32,000 nt of DNA. It comes from Candidatus Minimicrobia sp. QA0096 (GTDB taxonomy: Bacteria; Patescibacteriota; Saccharimonadia; Saccharimonadales; Saccharimonadaceae). Within the stretch, counting starts at the first letter, position 1, and the number at the start of each line of letters is the position of its first letter. The notes beneath the pieces were generated by a model, which worked only from the letters and a program-made list of their open reading frames with translations, had not been told where the DNA came from and did not search any database. Position numbers and translations under genes: made by a program. The stretch spans positions 180,001-212,000 of the forward strand of contig NZ_OZ017288.1 in the NCBI RefSeq assembly GCF_963967315.1. Reading direction: 5' to 3'. Positions 20,874-30,075 of this stretch are shown here, in pieces.

Positions 20874-23800
20874 TTACGCGTCCTCCTTTATTTCTTCTAC
20901 TTCATCAATATCTTGCACGCTCATGCCATCGTCAATTTCACCGATGTCATCTGATTCGTCCAAGTATGTTTCTTCTTCCTCATTGTCAGCGGCAACGGTT
21001 TTGTCTTCTGGACCACTTGAAGCGATAACATGCTCAGCGTCAACTGCAGCCTCATCGTCAACCAAATCAACTCGAAGACCCAAACCTTGAAGCTCCTTAA
21101 CCAACACGTTGAAGGACTCTGGAAGTTTTGGACCAACAATCGGCTCGTCTTTAATAATTGACTCGTAAGCCTTTGCACGACCGTAAACGTCGTCGGACTT
21201 AATTGTCAACATTTCCTGCAAGGTTGCAGCAGCACCGTAAGCCTCCAATGCCCAAACCTCCATCTCACCGAATCGCTGACCACCGTTTTGTGCTTTACCA
21301 CCAAGTGGCTGCTGAGTAACCATCGTGTATGGACCAGTTGAACGAGCGTGAATCTTGTCAGAAACCATGTGGTGCAACTTAATCATGTGCATTACACCAA
21401 CTGTTGTTCGCTCCTCAAATGGTTCACCGGTGCGACCGTCAAACAATTGACTCTTGCCGTCACGCGCCAAACCAGCTTTTTCTAGCTCATCAGAAATCTT
21501 CTCGCTTGGAACACCGTTAAATGACGGAGTTGCTACGCGGTAACCCAATGCTCGTGCCGCCATACCAAGGTGAGTTTCAAAAATCTGACCAAGGTTCATG
21601 CGGCTTGGCACACCAAGTGGGTTCAAAACTACGTCAACTGGCGTACCGTCTTCTAGGAATGGCATATCTTCAACAGGAAGAACTTTCGCCACAACACCCT
21701 TGTTACCGAAGCGTCCAGCCATCTTGTCACCAACGCCAATCTTTCGCAATTGCGCAACGAAGATCTGAATTTGCATCAAAACGCCAGCCTTCAATTCGTG
21801 ACCATTTTCACGACTAAAGATCTTAACGCCAACGACTTTACCGCCGCCCGCGTTGTTCATTCGCTGTGATGTATCGCGAACGTCCTTAGCTTTTTCACCG
21901 AAGATTGCGCGAAGCAAGCGTTCCTCAGAGCTCAATTCCTGCTCGCCCTTTGGTGTAATCTTACCAACCAAAACATCGCCGGCCTTAACCTCTGAACCAA
22001 TTTGAACAATTCCGTTCTCGTCCAAATGACGCAAACTTTCCTCGGAAACGTTTGGAATATCGCGTGTCACAATCTCTGGACCAAGCTTCGTCTCGCGAAC
22101 CTCAACGGTGTAATCTTTAATGTTAATGCTTGTCAATCGATCATCTTCAACCAAACGACGACTCATAATAATCGCGTCTTCCATGTTGTAGCCGCCCCAT
22201 GGCATAAAGGCAACCAACAGGTTCTTACCTAGGGCAATTTCACCGCTAGCAATTGAGGCGCCTTCAATCAGGATATCGCCCTTCTTAACCTTGTCGCCAC
22301 GCTCGACGCGAACTTTTTGGTTATAACAACGATCGTCATTATTCTTTACGAAATGCTTCAACGTATAAATCTTTACGCCGTCAGCATATTTGACGTGAAC
22401 TTCATCAGCATCAGCGCGAACGACTTCGCCGTCGGCGCTAGCTTGAATCAAGTGACCACTATTCTCAGCCACAGCCTTCTCAATTCCAGTACCAACAGTT
22501 GCAGATTCTGGGCACAATAGAGGAACAGCCTGACGTTGCATGTTTGAACCAGTCAAAGCACGGTCGACACGAGTCTTTTCAATAAATGGCACCAGCGCCG
22601 CAGTCGAACCTAGAATCTGACGGTGGGCTGCATCCATGAATGTAACTTGGCTAGCATCAACTTGTGATGGCTGCATGTTACTTCGAGCATTAACGCGCTC
22701 ATCTCGGAAAGTTCCGTCTTCGTTAAGAGCCTCACCAGCATCAGCGATAACCTCACCAATTTCTTGCGAAGCATCCAAATAAACAAGTTCGTCAGTCACT
22801 TTACCATCTTTAACACGAAGATAAGGAGTCTCAATAAATCCGTATTCATTAACACGCGCATAAGCCGCCAAGTTCAACACCAGACCGATATTCGCACCTT
22901 CTGGCGTTTCCACTGAACAAATACGACCATAGTGAGTTGGGTGGGCGTCGCGAACCTCAAATCCAGCGCGCTCACGTGTCAAACCGCCAGGACCAGTCGA
23001 GCTCAAGCGTCGCTTGTGGCTCAATTCTGACAACGGGTTAACTTCGTCAAGTAGTTGCGACAACTGGCTTGAAGTAAAGAATTCACGAACCGCAGCAACA
23101 ATCGGACGAGCATTAATCAATTGGCTTGGGCTAACGCTTTCCAAATCAGCCACGCTCATACGATCCATCGCGTTGCGCTGCATTCGAAGCATACCAACGC
23201 GGAATTGTCGAGCAATCAATTCACCAACCAAGCGAACTCGGCGGTTGCTCAATGCGTCAATGTCATCAGCTGGCTCTTGTGTATTGTTCAAGCGAATAAC
23301 TTCACGCAAAATCGCCACCAAATCGCTCATCTGTAACGTACGATTTTCTGCTGTATTTGCAACATCCAGACCCAAGCGTTGGTTCAATTTATAACGACCA
23401 ACCCGCGAATAATCGAACCGCTTGAAGTCAAAGAACATTCGCTCAATCATCTGACGAGCGTTATCAACCGTTGCCAAGTCGCCTGGACGCAATCGACGAT
23501 AAACCTCAATCAACGCCTCGTTCGCACCACGAGAAGTATCCTTGTCCAAAGTTTCGTCAATGTATTTTACGTCGCCAGTATCAATATCAGCGAACAATTC
23601 CTTAATTTCGCTAGTCTTTGGATAGCCCAAAGCGCGCAACAAAGTCGTTGCTGGCATCTTGCGGCGGCGGTCAATCTTTACGTAAATTGCGCCGTTAGAA
23701 GCCGTCTCAAATTCCATCCAAGCTCCACGTCCTGGAATGATTTTCGCGCCGTAGTAATTACGTCCCGCTACTGTTTCAGCAGTAAAGAAAACACCAGCAG

Positions 23801-24227
23801 AACGAATCAACTGGCTAACGACCACACGCTCCGTACCGTTGATAACGAATGTACCGCGCTCAGTCATCCATGGATATTCACCGAGGTAAATTTCCTGCTC
23901 TTCAACTACGCCGGTTGTCTTGTTTGTCAATTCAACTGTTGCGTGTAGCGGCGCTTCAAACGTCAAGTTGTTTTCTTTGGCAAATTGGTCAGTGTTTTTT
24001 GGCTCGCCAAAATAATATTTGCCGAACTTTAACGACAACTTCTGACCAGTGTAGTCGTCAATTGGGTTAATTTCTGAAAATATCTCACTCAAACCTTCTT
24101 CGACGAACCAGCGCCAAGAATCTTTTTGGTGAGCGATTAAGTTTGGTAGCGGCAGGGCATTATCACCAGAGGTGAAATAGACGCGATCGCTACTTGTGGT
24201 TGGTTTTTTTGCCACAGGCGTAAACAC
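20874..24227 (-). CDS. rpoB: DNA-directed RNA polymerase subunit beta
   Basis: 1117 aa with GEMEVWALEAYGAA, GRFGNKGVV and other beta hallmarks. The GTG 24227 start abuts the AGGAG SD, so the in-frame GTG 12 nt downstream (24215) is an alternative start. Confidence 0.98.
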   Translation of the reverse strand: MFTPVAKKPTTSSDRVYFTSGDNALPLPNLIAHQKDSWRWFVEEGLSEIFSEINPIDDYTGQKLSLKFGKYYFGEPKNTDQFAKENNLTFEAPLHATVELTNKTTGVVEEQEIYLGEYPWMTERGTFVINGTERVVVSQLIRSAGVFFTAETVAGRNYYGAKIIPGRGAWMEFETASNGAIYVKIDRRRKMPATTLLRALGYPKTSEIKELFADIDTGDVKYIDETLDKDTSRGANEALIEVYRRLRPGDLATVDNARQMIERMFFDFKRFDYSRVGRYKLNQRLGLDVANTAENRTLQMSDLVAILREVIRLNNTQEPADDIDALSNRRVRLVGELIARQFRVGMLRMQRNAMDRMSVADLESVSPSQLINARPIVAAVREFFTSSQLSQLLDEVNPLSELSHKRRLSSTGPGGLTRERAGFEVRDAHPTHYGRICSVETPEGANIGLVLNLAAYARVNEYGFIETPYLRVKDGKVTDELVYLDASQEIGEVIADAGEALNEDGTFRDERVNARSNMQPSQVDASQVTFMDAAHRQILGSTAALVPFIEKTRVDRALTGSNMQRQAVPLLCPESATVGTGIEKAVAENSGHLIQASADGEVVRADADEVHVKYADGVKIYTLKHFVKNNDDRCYNQKVRVERGDKVKKGDILIEGASIASGEIALGKNLLVAFMPWGGYNMEDAIIMSRRLVEDDRLTSINIKDYTVEVRETKLGPEIVTRDIPNVSEESLRHLDENGIVQIGSEVKAGDVLVGKITPKGEQELSSEERLLRAIFGEKAKDVRDTSQRMNNAGGGKVVGVKIFSRENGHELKAGVLMQIQIFVAQLRKIGVGDKMAGRFGNKGVVAKVLPVEDMPFLEDGTPVDVVLNPLGVPSRMNLGQIFETHLGMAARALGYRVATPSFNGVPSEKISDELEKAGLARDGKSQLFDGRTGEPFEERTTVGVMHMIKLHHMVSDKIHARSTGPYTMVTQQPLGGKAQNGGQRFGEMEVWALEAYGAAATLQEMLTIKSDDVYGRAKAYESIIKDEPIVGPKLPESFNVLVKELQGLGLRVDLVDDEAAVDAEHVIASSGPEDKTVAADNEEEETYLDESDDIGEIDDGMSVQDIDEVEEIKEDA

Positions 24228-24347
24228 TCCTCGCTTTAATTAGTGGTTAATAGACGGCCGTGAAGATCTCTAATTCATAGCCCAAAATCACGATTTGCCT
24301 ACTCGCAATTTTCACCCGCCATGAATACACTACTTCTATAACTACTC

Positions 24348-24376
24348 ATTATGACGAAAAACGTCAATAAAATCAA
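24348..24376 (-). promoter_or_regulatory. Putative promoter for rpoBC
   Basis: The minus strand reads TTGATT (rc 24371-24376), a 17-nt spacer, then CATAAT (rc 24348-24353). The spacer contains the inverted repeat TGACG-N5-CGTCA (24352-24366). This implies a leader of about 115 nt. Confidence 0.4.
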
Positions 24377-24385
24377 GGGGTTTTA

Positions 24386-25033
24386 CTAGTGTTTTTCAAT
24401 GTTATCAATCAACATATCGTGAACTTCGTCAATTGTCCCGTCCGCCGAAACTACCGGAATTCCGTACGCCTCGGCAATCTCCAAATATCCATCGTCGACT
24501 TTTTTCTGAAAATCTTGCCCGCGCGACTCAAAAGTGTCAGGATTTTTTAACTCACCGCGCATAGAAATTCGCTCTTCCCGCTTATCGCGACTCAAACTCA
24601 AAATAACCATAACGTCTGGCTTCAGATATTTTTCGTCAGTAAACAACTTCGTTAATCGCAGAATCTCCGACTCATCAAATCCCTCACCTCGCCCCTGATA
24701 AACCAGCGTTGAGATATAATTTCTCGCGCTCAAAACAATTTCCCCACGTTCCAACGCAGGCTGAATTTTTTCCCGCCATAATTCACGCCGAGCCGCAGAA
24801 AATAGCGCCACATTCACCGCCGCAGAGCGAGCCAAATCGCCATTTTTAATCACTTTTCGAAGTTCATTTGCTATCGGAGTTGATTTTTCCGGATCATCGC
24901 TTCCCGGCTCTTCAATCACGCAAACCGTTCGCCCGATTGACTGAAAGTATTCCGCCAATTTCGCGACCTGCGTCGACTTTCCTGTACCGTCATTACCCTC
25001 GATAACTATATATTTTCCAGCGTCGCCCATCAT
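24386..25033 (-). CDS. tmk: Thymidylate kinase
   Basis: P-loop IVIEGNDGTGKST. Start taken at ATG 25033-25031 (MMGDAGKYIVIEG...), which overlaps the upstream TGA by 1 nt (TGATG), rather than at the longer track ORF (25078). Confidence 0.92.
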   Translation of the reverse strand: MMGDAGKYIVIEGNDGTGKSTQVAKLAEYFQSIGRTVCVIEEPGSDDPEKSTPIANELRKVIKNGDLARSAAVNVALFSAARRELWREKIQPALERGEIVLSARNYISTLVYQGRGEGFDESEILRLTKLFTDEKYLKPDVMVILSLSRDKREERISMRGELKNPDTFESRGQDFQKKVDDGYLEIAEAYGIPVVSADGTIDEVHDMLIDNIEKH

Positions 25034-25476
25034 CACCTCGTAATCACAATGTGCGGCTTCCGTAGAAATACCAGCCATTTTTTCGTTTTTCCATCAATTT
25101 TTATCAAGTGAGTATGCTGATGTATCATCGACTTGGTTTTGCTGCCTTGGGCTCGAGCGTAAATTGAATAGCCACTAGATTCAAACCTGGCAACCTGATT
25201 CATATAGTCAATTTTTTCCTCATCGCTCAAATTCGCCAACGAATCGACGTGTCGTTTCGGTATCACCATCAAATGGTCGTCCACGCCGCAGCCGTCCCAA
25301 AAATCATAGCCAAATCGATTTTTAATGATTAGGCAATGCTGCGTTTCTTCTACGACTTGACTAGTGTGCTGTTTTACCAATTGACAGAAGTCGCAACTTT
25401 CAGATCTATTACTTTTCTTATGATTCTTATATTCTTTTTCTTTTGTCCGCCAACGGAAAATTGAGCCAGTCATCAT
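25033..25476 (-). CDS. HIT-family (histidine triad) nucleotide hydrolase/transferase
   Basis: Histidine triad HQHTHLI, CDFC near the N-terminus, and HLMVIPKRHV. The ATG 25476-25474 overlaps the dcd TGA by 1 nt (TGATG). Confidence 0.8.
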   Translation of the reverse strand: MMTGSIFRWRTKEKEYKNHKKSNRSESCDFCQLVKQHTSQVVEETQHCLIIKNRFGYDFWDGCGVDDHLMVIPKRHVDSLANLSDEEKIDYMNQVARFESSGYSIYARAQGSKTKSMIHQHTHLIKIDGKTKKWLVFLRKPHIVITR

Positions 25477-26195
25477 CACAAAATCCCCTCTCTAAGTCCC
25501 GGAATTTCCATCGGTTTATGCCGACGATCCTTAAACGCCCGCGGCAACATCATTTCTGGACGCCAAGTTTTTATCAATTCATCCAAATCGTCAGTGTGCT
25601 GATATTTGCCACTCATTCCGTCGCGTCCACTAGCATATCCGCCGTCAACCTGACCAGTGTGATGAAAAATCAATTGCCCAATACGTTCGCCGACAGGCAA
25701 AACTACACTCTCATGCTTATTCAAATTGTAAATCTCAAGCGTAATCCGATTGATATACCCAGGATCAACCCAGCCAGCATCAAAACACACCGCCACGCCG
25801 TTTCGCCCCCAAGAACTACGACTTTTCACCTCAGCCGCGCCGCCATGCGTCCGAATCCCAACAAATTCGTGCGTATGTGCCAAAATTCGCTCACCAGGCT
25901 TCAGCACGATAATCGGATGATCTGGCGGAATATTCTTAAATTCCCGAAAACCGTGCCGCTCGCACCATTCGGCATGCGGCATAGCCTTAAGCGGACCCTT
26001 GAAGTATCGATTGACATCAGACTCATCAAACGGATTATAAACTCGCGAAATATCGTCATATTCCTGCTTATAAAAATTAAAGCCTAGCGTAAAATCTAAG
26101 CTGGCTTCCGATACGTTTGTTGGGTTGAACGGCGTACAGACAATTGTCCCGTCTTCAATCGCCGCTAATATATCTTTATTTGAGTACACGCTCAC
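25476..26195 (-). CDS. dcd: dCTP deaminase (dUTPase superfamily) with a ~40-aa C-terminal extension
   Basis: SLDFTLG, LKPGERILAHTHEFVG, KSRSSWGRNGV and GWVDPGYINRITLEIYN parallel the E. coli Dcd motifs, including the catalytic Glu. Start taken at GTG 26195, 6 nt after GGGAGG. The track start 26228 adds 11 codons upstream of the SD. Confidence 0.85.
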   Translation of the reverse strand: MSVYSNKDILAAIEDGTIVCTPFNPTNVSEASLDFTLGFNFYKQEYDDISRVYNPFDESDVNRYFKGPLKAMPHAEWCERHGFREFKNIPPDHPIIVLKPGERILAHTHEFVGIRTHGGAAEVKSRSSWGRNGVAVCFDAGWVDPGYINRITLEIYNLNKHESVVLPVGERIGQLIFHHTGQVDGGYASGRDGMSGKYQHTDDLDELIKTWRPEMMLPRAFKDRRHKPMEIPGLREGIL

Positions 26196-26284
26196 TAAAC
26201 ACCTCCCATTGCGTGATTTTTCTACCAAGTCTTATTATGGCAAGTTTACGCATTTCTATCAAGCTTTCGGTAAATTTTACAGCA

Positions 26285-26293
26285 TGTTAAACT
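26285..26293 (+). promoter_or_regulatory. Putative extended -10 promoter placing the TSS on the folA ATG
   Basis: TGTTAAACT (26285-26293), then 6 nt, then the A of ATG at 26300. There is no SD in between and no good -35. Confidence 0.4.
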
Positions 26294-26299
26294 GAGATT

Positions 26300-26794
26300 A
26301 TGGAAAAAGCCATTATTGTAGCTTACGATAAAAACCGCGCCATCGGACAAAATGGCGATATGCCGTGGGGGCGAAGTTTGCCGGCCGACTTGGTGAATTT
26401 TAAGCGCTTGACGAGAAACAGCAATGTCATTATGGGCAGAAAAACGTTTGAGTCAATTGGTTCGCGACCACTTCCAGACAGAGAAAATATTGTCATTTCA
26501 TCCAAGCCAACTGGCGTCAAAAAAGTCCTGACGGCTATGAATTTACGAAGCGCCCTGGCTTTATCGCGATATCCGACTTTTATTATTGGCGGCTCGCAAG
26601 TTTATAAAGACGCGCTAGATATTCCAGAAATTGACACTATTTACGCCACGGAAATTGACGCCGAATTTCCCAATGCTGACACTTTTTTCCCAGAGATAGA
26701 TATGGACGCGTGGGAGGAAGTAAGTCGCGCACATCATTCGGTAGATAATGAAAATAGTTACGATTTTGATTTTGTGACGTATAAAAGAAAATAA
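26300..26794 (+). CDS. folA: Dihydrofolate reductase
   Basis: 164 aa with IVAYDKNRAIGQNGDMPW, LPADLVNFKRLT, IMGRKTFESIG and RPLPDRENIVIS. Typical type-I DHFR. Confidence 0.95.
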   Translation: MEKAIIVAYDKNRAIGQNGDMPWGRSLPADLVNFKRLTRNSNVIMGRKTFESIGSRPLPDRENIVISSKPTGVKKVLTAMNLRSALALSRYPTFIIGGSQVYKDALDIPEIDTIYATEIDAEFPNADTFFPEIDMDAWEEVSRAHHSVDNENSYDFDFVTYKRK

Positions 26795-26804
26795 CCTTCT
26801 TAAG

Positions 26805-26833
26805 TTGACAGTATTTGGTATTTGTTATATAAT
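26805..26833 (+). promoter_or_regulatory. Perfect-consensus sigma70 promoter for the 84-aa ORF
   Basis: TTGACA (26805-26810), exactly 17 nt of spacer, then TATAAT (26828-26833). The ATG at 26841 follows after 7 nt. Confidence 0.75.
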
Positions 26834-26840
26834 GTAACAC

Positions 26841-27095
26841 ATGAATACTGAAGCATGTGTACAAATATTAAACCCCGAAGACAACTCAGAATACACTACG
26901 AACGCAATACTCAGAGGCGCACGATACCCTGACGAAGCCACCGGACTACTCAAAGAGGATGCCATGCTGTTCAATAAAGCGCCCGGCGATGATGGACGAG
27001 TGAAGTATATAGCAGGAAAGATTGCTACCCTATTGTATGATCCAGAAGCTAACAAATATATACTTCCGCCAGAGAAAAATTCCTGCAAAAAGTAA
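26841..27095 (+). CDS. Hypothetical 84-aa soluble protein, probably translated from a leaderless mRNA
   Basis: The ORF begins where the consensus promoter predicts the TSS. Its composition is ordinary and hydrophilic (MNTEACVQILNPEDNSEYTT...). The overlapping minus-strand ORF (26825-27106) has no comparable signals. Confidence 0.55.
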   Translation: MNTEACVQILNPEDNSEYTTNAILRGARYPDEATGLLKEDAMLFNKAPGDDGRVKYIAGKIATLLYDPEANKYILPPEKNSCKK

Positions 27096-27129
27096 ATTAT
27101 AGCCATTTCAGCCGGCAGGCATAATCAAC

Positions 27130-28068
27130 TTATACCGCAATCGGCGCTTTTATCGCTGGATGGCATTCATAGTCCTCCAGGCGAATATCATCAATCGTGA
27201 AATCGTCAATATTCTTGATGTCTGGATTTAGCCACAGTTTCGGTAGCGGCAGCGGACGGCGCGATAATTGCTCGTCAACTTGCGCGCGGTGATTATTGTA
27301 AATATGCGCACTATTCAAGGTGTGGACAAACTCACCAGGCTGCTTGTCGGTAACTTGGGCGACCATAGATAGAAGCAGCGCATAGCTAGCGATATTAAAC
27401 GGCACGCCGAGGAACATATCCGCCGAACGCTGCGTCAGCGCCAAATCCAGCTTGTCCTTCTCGCCATTCTTGCCAGGTCTTACGTTAAATTGAAACATCG
27501 TATGACACGGAGGCAACCCGCCGGCTTGGACAATGTCGTCAATTTCCGCCGCATTCCACGCGCTCACGATATTCCGACGCGACTCTGGATTTGCCTTTAT
27601 CATGTCAATGGCGTTCTGAATCTGGTCAATAGTTCCGCCTTTTCCATCCGGCCATTTTCGCCATTGAACACCATAAACAGGACCCAAATTTCCCCATTCT
27701 TCAGCAAATGCACGATCATTCGCAATCTTATCAATAAATTCCTTCATTCCAGCGCGCCATTCGTCGCCGTTAATTTCTGGTATTTTCTGACCAGTTTTTT
27801 CTAGGTAATTTTTATATGGCCACTCATCCCAGATATGAACGCCGTTTTGTGCCAAATATTCAATATTGCCCGTACCTTTAAGAAACCAAAGAAGCTCATG
27901 AGCGACGCTTTTGAAATATAACCTCTTAGTGGTCATAGCCGGAAATCCGTCTGCCAAATTATATCGCGTCTGAATGCCAAAAATTTCCGTCGTCCCCGTT
28001 CCCGTACGATCGCCTTTTTGCACACCGTTATCACGAACGTATTTCAATGCGTCTAAATATTGCCTCAT
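27130..28068 (-). CDS. thyA: Thymidylate synthase (ThyA, long form with insert)
   Basis: 312 aa with [16 protein letters not shown], catalytic PPCH and [30 protein letters not shown] upstream. Confidence 0.97.
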   Translation of the reverse strand: MRQYLDALKYVRDNGVQKGDRTGTGTTEIFGIQTRYNLADGFPAMTTKRLYFKSVAHELLWFLKGTGNIEYLAQNGVHIWDEWPYKNYLEKTGQKIPEINGDEWRAGMKEFIDKIANDRAFAEEWGNLGPVYGVQWRKWPDGKGGTIDQIQNAIDMIKANPESRRNIVSAWNAAEIDDIVQAGGLPPCHTMFQFNVRPGKNGEKDKLDLALTQRSADMFLGVPFNIASYALLLSMVAQVTDKQPGEFVHTLNSAHIYNNHRAQVDEQLSRRPLPLPKLWLNPDIKNIDDFTIDDIRLEDYECHPAIKAPIAV

Positions 28069-28090
28069 AAATCCTCCTTGCCTACTTCAA

Positions 28091-28099
28091 ATTATGACA
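28091..28099 (-). promoter_or_regulatory. Putative extended -10 promoter for thyA
   Basis: The minus strand reads TGTCATAAT, 22 nt upstream of the thyA ATG. Confidence 0.4.
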
Positions 28100-28158
28100 A
28101 TATCCTCCAAAAACCACAAGCAGAATCACTAGTAGTTTTAACAACAAACACGCATTTT

Positions 28159-28752
28159 TTACGACAATTTAGTCAAGACTTTGTCGATTAGTCCGTACTT
28201 TACAGCTTCATCCGGCGTCATCCAATAGTCACGCTCCATGTCGGATTTAACCTTAGCCAACTTCTGACCGGTGTTTTTTGCCATAATCTTCGCTAGCATT
28301 TCTTTGACTTCCAAAGTTTCCTTCATGTCAATTTCCATGTCGGTCACTTTTCCATGCGTTCCAGAAGACGGCTGATGAATCATAACCTTAGCATGCGGCA
28401 AACAAAACCTCTTCCCCTTAGCGCCAGAACTGAGCAAAAACGCGCCCATGCTTGCCTGTAAACCAATTCCATACGTCGCCACATCGGGCTTAATAAAATT
28501 CATCGTGTCATAAATTGCCATTCCGTCATAAACGCTGCCGCCTGGACTATTAATGTACAAAGATATATCAGCTTGCGGATCAACATATGCCAAATGCAGT
28601 AATTGCGCCACTACACTGTTAGCGGTATGCTCGTTAACATCTTCGCCAAGGAAAATAATTCTCTCATTCAACAATCTCGAATAGATATCAAAAGCACGCT
28701 CGCCGTCGGCCGACTTTTCAACGACAGTTGGAATGAGATATGATTTTGGCAT
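28159..28752 (-). CDS. clpP: ATP-dependent Clp protease proteolytic subunit
   Basis: 197 aa. Ser in [11 protein letters not shown], His in MIHQP, Asp in ERD. It starts 7 nt after the tig stop. Confidence 0.98.
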   Translation of the reverse strand: MPKSYLIPTVVEKSADGERAFDIYSRLLNERIIFLGEDVNEHTANSVVAQLLHLAYVDPQADISLYINSPGGSVYDGMAIYDTMNFIKPDVATYGIGLQASMGAFLLSSGAKGKRFCLPHAKVMIHQPSSGTHGKVTDMEIDMKETLEVKEMLAKIMAKNTGQKLAKVKSDMERDYWMTPDEAVKYGLIDKVLTKLS

Positions 28753-28759
28753 ATTTACC

Positions 28760-30049
28760 CTATTTCTTCGTGTTTAATTCGACCAATTTAGCAACGGTCT
28801 TATCTGTAATCATTCGGTTGGCAATATCGCGGTGAACATTTGGGTTGTCAAATTGTTCCAGCATTTTCTTGTCCTTGCCGTATTGTTGCTTGAAGAAGTC
28901 AATTTGTTTCTGAATTTCATCACGAGAAGCGTCAATCTTCAATTCCTTCGACAATTCCGCCAATACCAAACCAACCTTAACACGCTTTTCAGCCGCTGGA
29001 CGGGCCTCTTTCTTCACCCACTCCTCTTTATCCTTGAAGCCCTGAGTCTTCAAATAGCTGTCCAAACTCAGTCCGCTGTACATCAAATTCTGAGTCAAAT
29101 CACGCTCAATTGACCGCAATTGGTCTTCAACCAAAAGTTCTGGCAGCGCAACCTTACTTTTTTCCGTCAATTCACCAACCAACGCGTCCTTAAACTTCTC
29201 GTCAGCTTCGCGCTCTTTTTGTGCGGTAAGTTCACGCTTGATGTCTTCTTTTACTTCTTTCATCTCTGTAAATGGACCGCATTTTGCTGCAAATTCATCA
29301 TTTAATTCTGGCAATTTCAATTCATTAACCTTGTGAAGTTTCACAGTAAACACAACGTCTTGACCTGCCAAATTCTCAGCGTGATAATCCTCTGGGAATT
29401 TCAGTTTCAAATCGAACTCTTCACCAGCCTTATGACCAACAACACCTTCTTCAAATCCCGGAATGAATTGACCTTCGCCAAGCTTCAAGCCATATTCCTT
29501 AGCTGAACCGCCGTCAAACGCCACGCCGTCTTTCTTTCCCGTAAAGTCAATCACAGCCTCGTCGCCGAGCTTAGCGGCACGCTTGACCTCTGATTTTTCA
29601 GAATAGTTTTTACGGATTCGATCAATAACCTCGTCAACATCTTTATCTTCGACCTTTGCTACTTCTTTTTTCGCTGTCAATTTTTTATAATCGCCCAATT
29701 TTACCGGCGGAATGATCTCAACTTCAGCCGTAAATTCCAATTCGACGCCCGGTACAAACTTCTTCACCTCAACACTTGGTCGATCCAAAGCCTGCAATTT
29801 TTCCTGCAAAAACGCCTCAGCTACAGCCTTTGACAAAGCATTCTCTAAAATCTGCTCCTGAAGCGCATTCGGATCAACATGCTTAGCGGCTATGCTTGCG
29901 GGAACTTTTCCTTTGCGGAAACCTGGAACTTTAATGTCGCGCGCCAACTTTGTCAATGAAACCTGCTCCGCGTCAGCTAATTCGCTAGCACCCAAAGAAA
30001 TCGTCAATTGAACTTTAGTATCTGATAGTTTTTTTACAGTAGTCTTCAT
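28760..30049 (-). CDS. tig: Trigger factor
   Basis: 429 aa. Ribosome-binding signature GFRKGKVP, an FKBP-type middle domain (FIPGFEEG) and a helical C-terminal domain. Confidence 0.97.
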   Translation of the reverse strand: MKTTVKKLSDTKVQLTISLGASELADAEQVSLTKLARDIKVPGFRKGKVPASIAAKHVDPNALQEQILENALSKAVAEAFLQEKLQALDRPSVEVKKFVPGVELEFTAEVEIIPPVKLGDYKKLTAKKEVAKVEDKDVDEVIDRIRKNYSEKSEVKRAAKLGDEAVIDFTGKKDGVAFDGGSAKEYGLKLGEGQFIPGFEEGVVGHKAGEEFDLKLKFPEDYHAENLAGQDVVFTVKLHKVNELKLPELNDEFAAKCGPFTEMKEVKEDIKRELTAQKEREADEKFKDALVGELTEKSKVALPELLVEDQLRSIERDLTQNLMYSGLSLDSYLKTQGFKDKEEWVKKEARPAAEKRVKVGLVLAELSKELKIDASRDEIQKQIDFFKQQYGKDKKMLEQFDNPNVHRDIANRMITDKTVAKLVELNTKK

Positions 30050-30075
30050 AAAGACTAATTATAACAGATATCAGA

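Noticed and set aside
25443-26087. 214-aa plus-strand ORF overlapping dcd
   Set aside because: It is antisense to a well-supported dCTP deaminase frame, and its low-complexity basic composition has no motifs.
26825-27106. 93-aa minus-strand ORF overlapping the 84-aa plus-strand ORF
   Set aside because: It has no promoter or SD and an S/A/F-rich composition. The plus-strand ORF begins exactly at the TSS predicted by a perfect consensus promoter. The choice still needs experimental confirmation.
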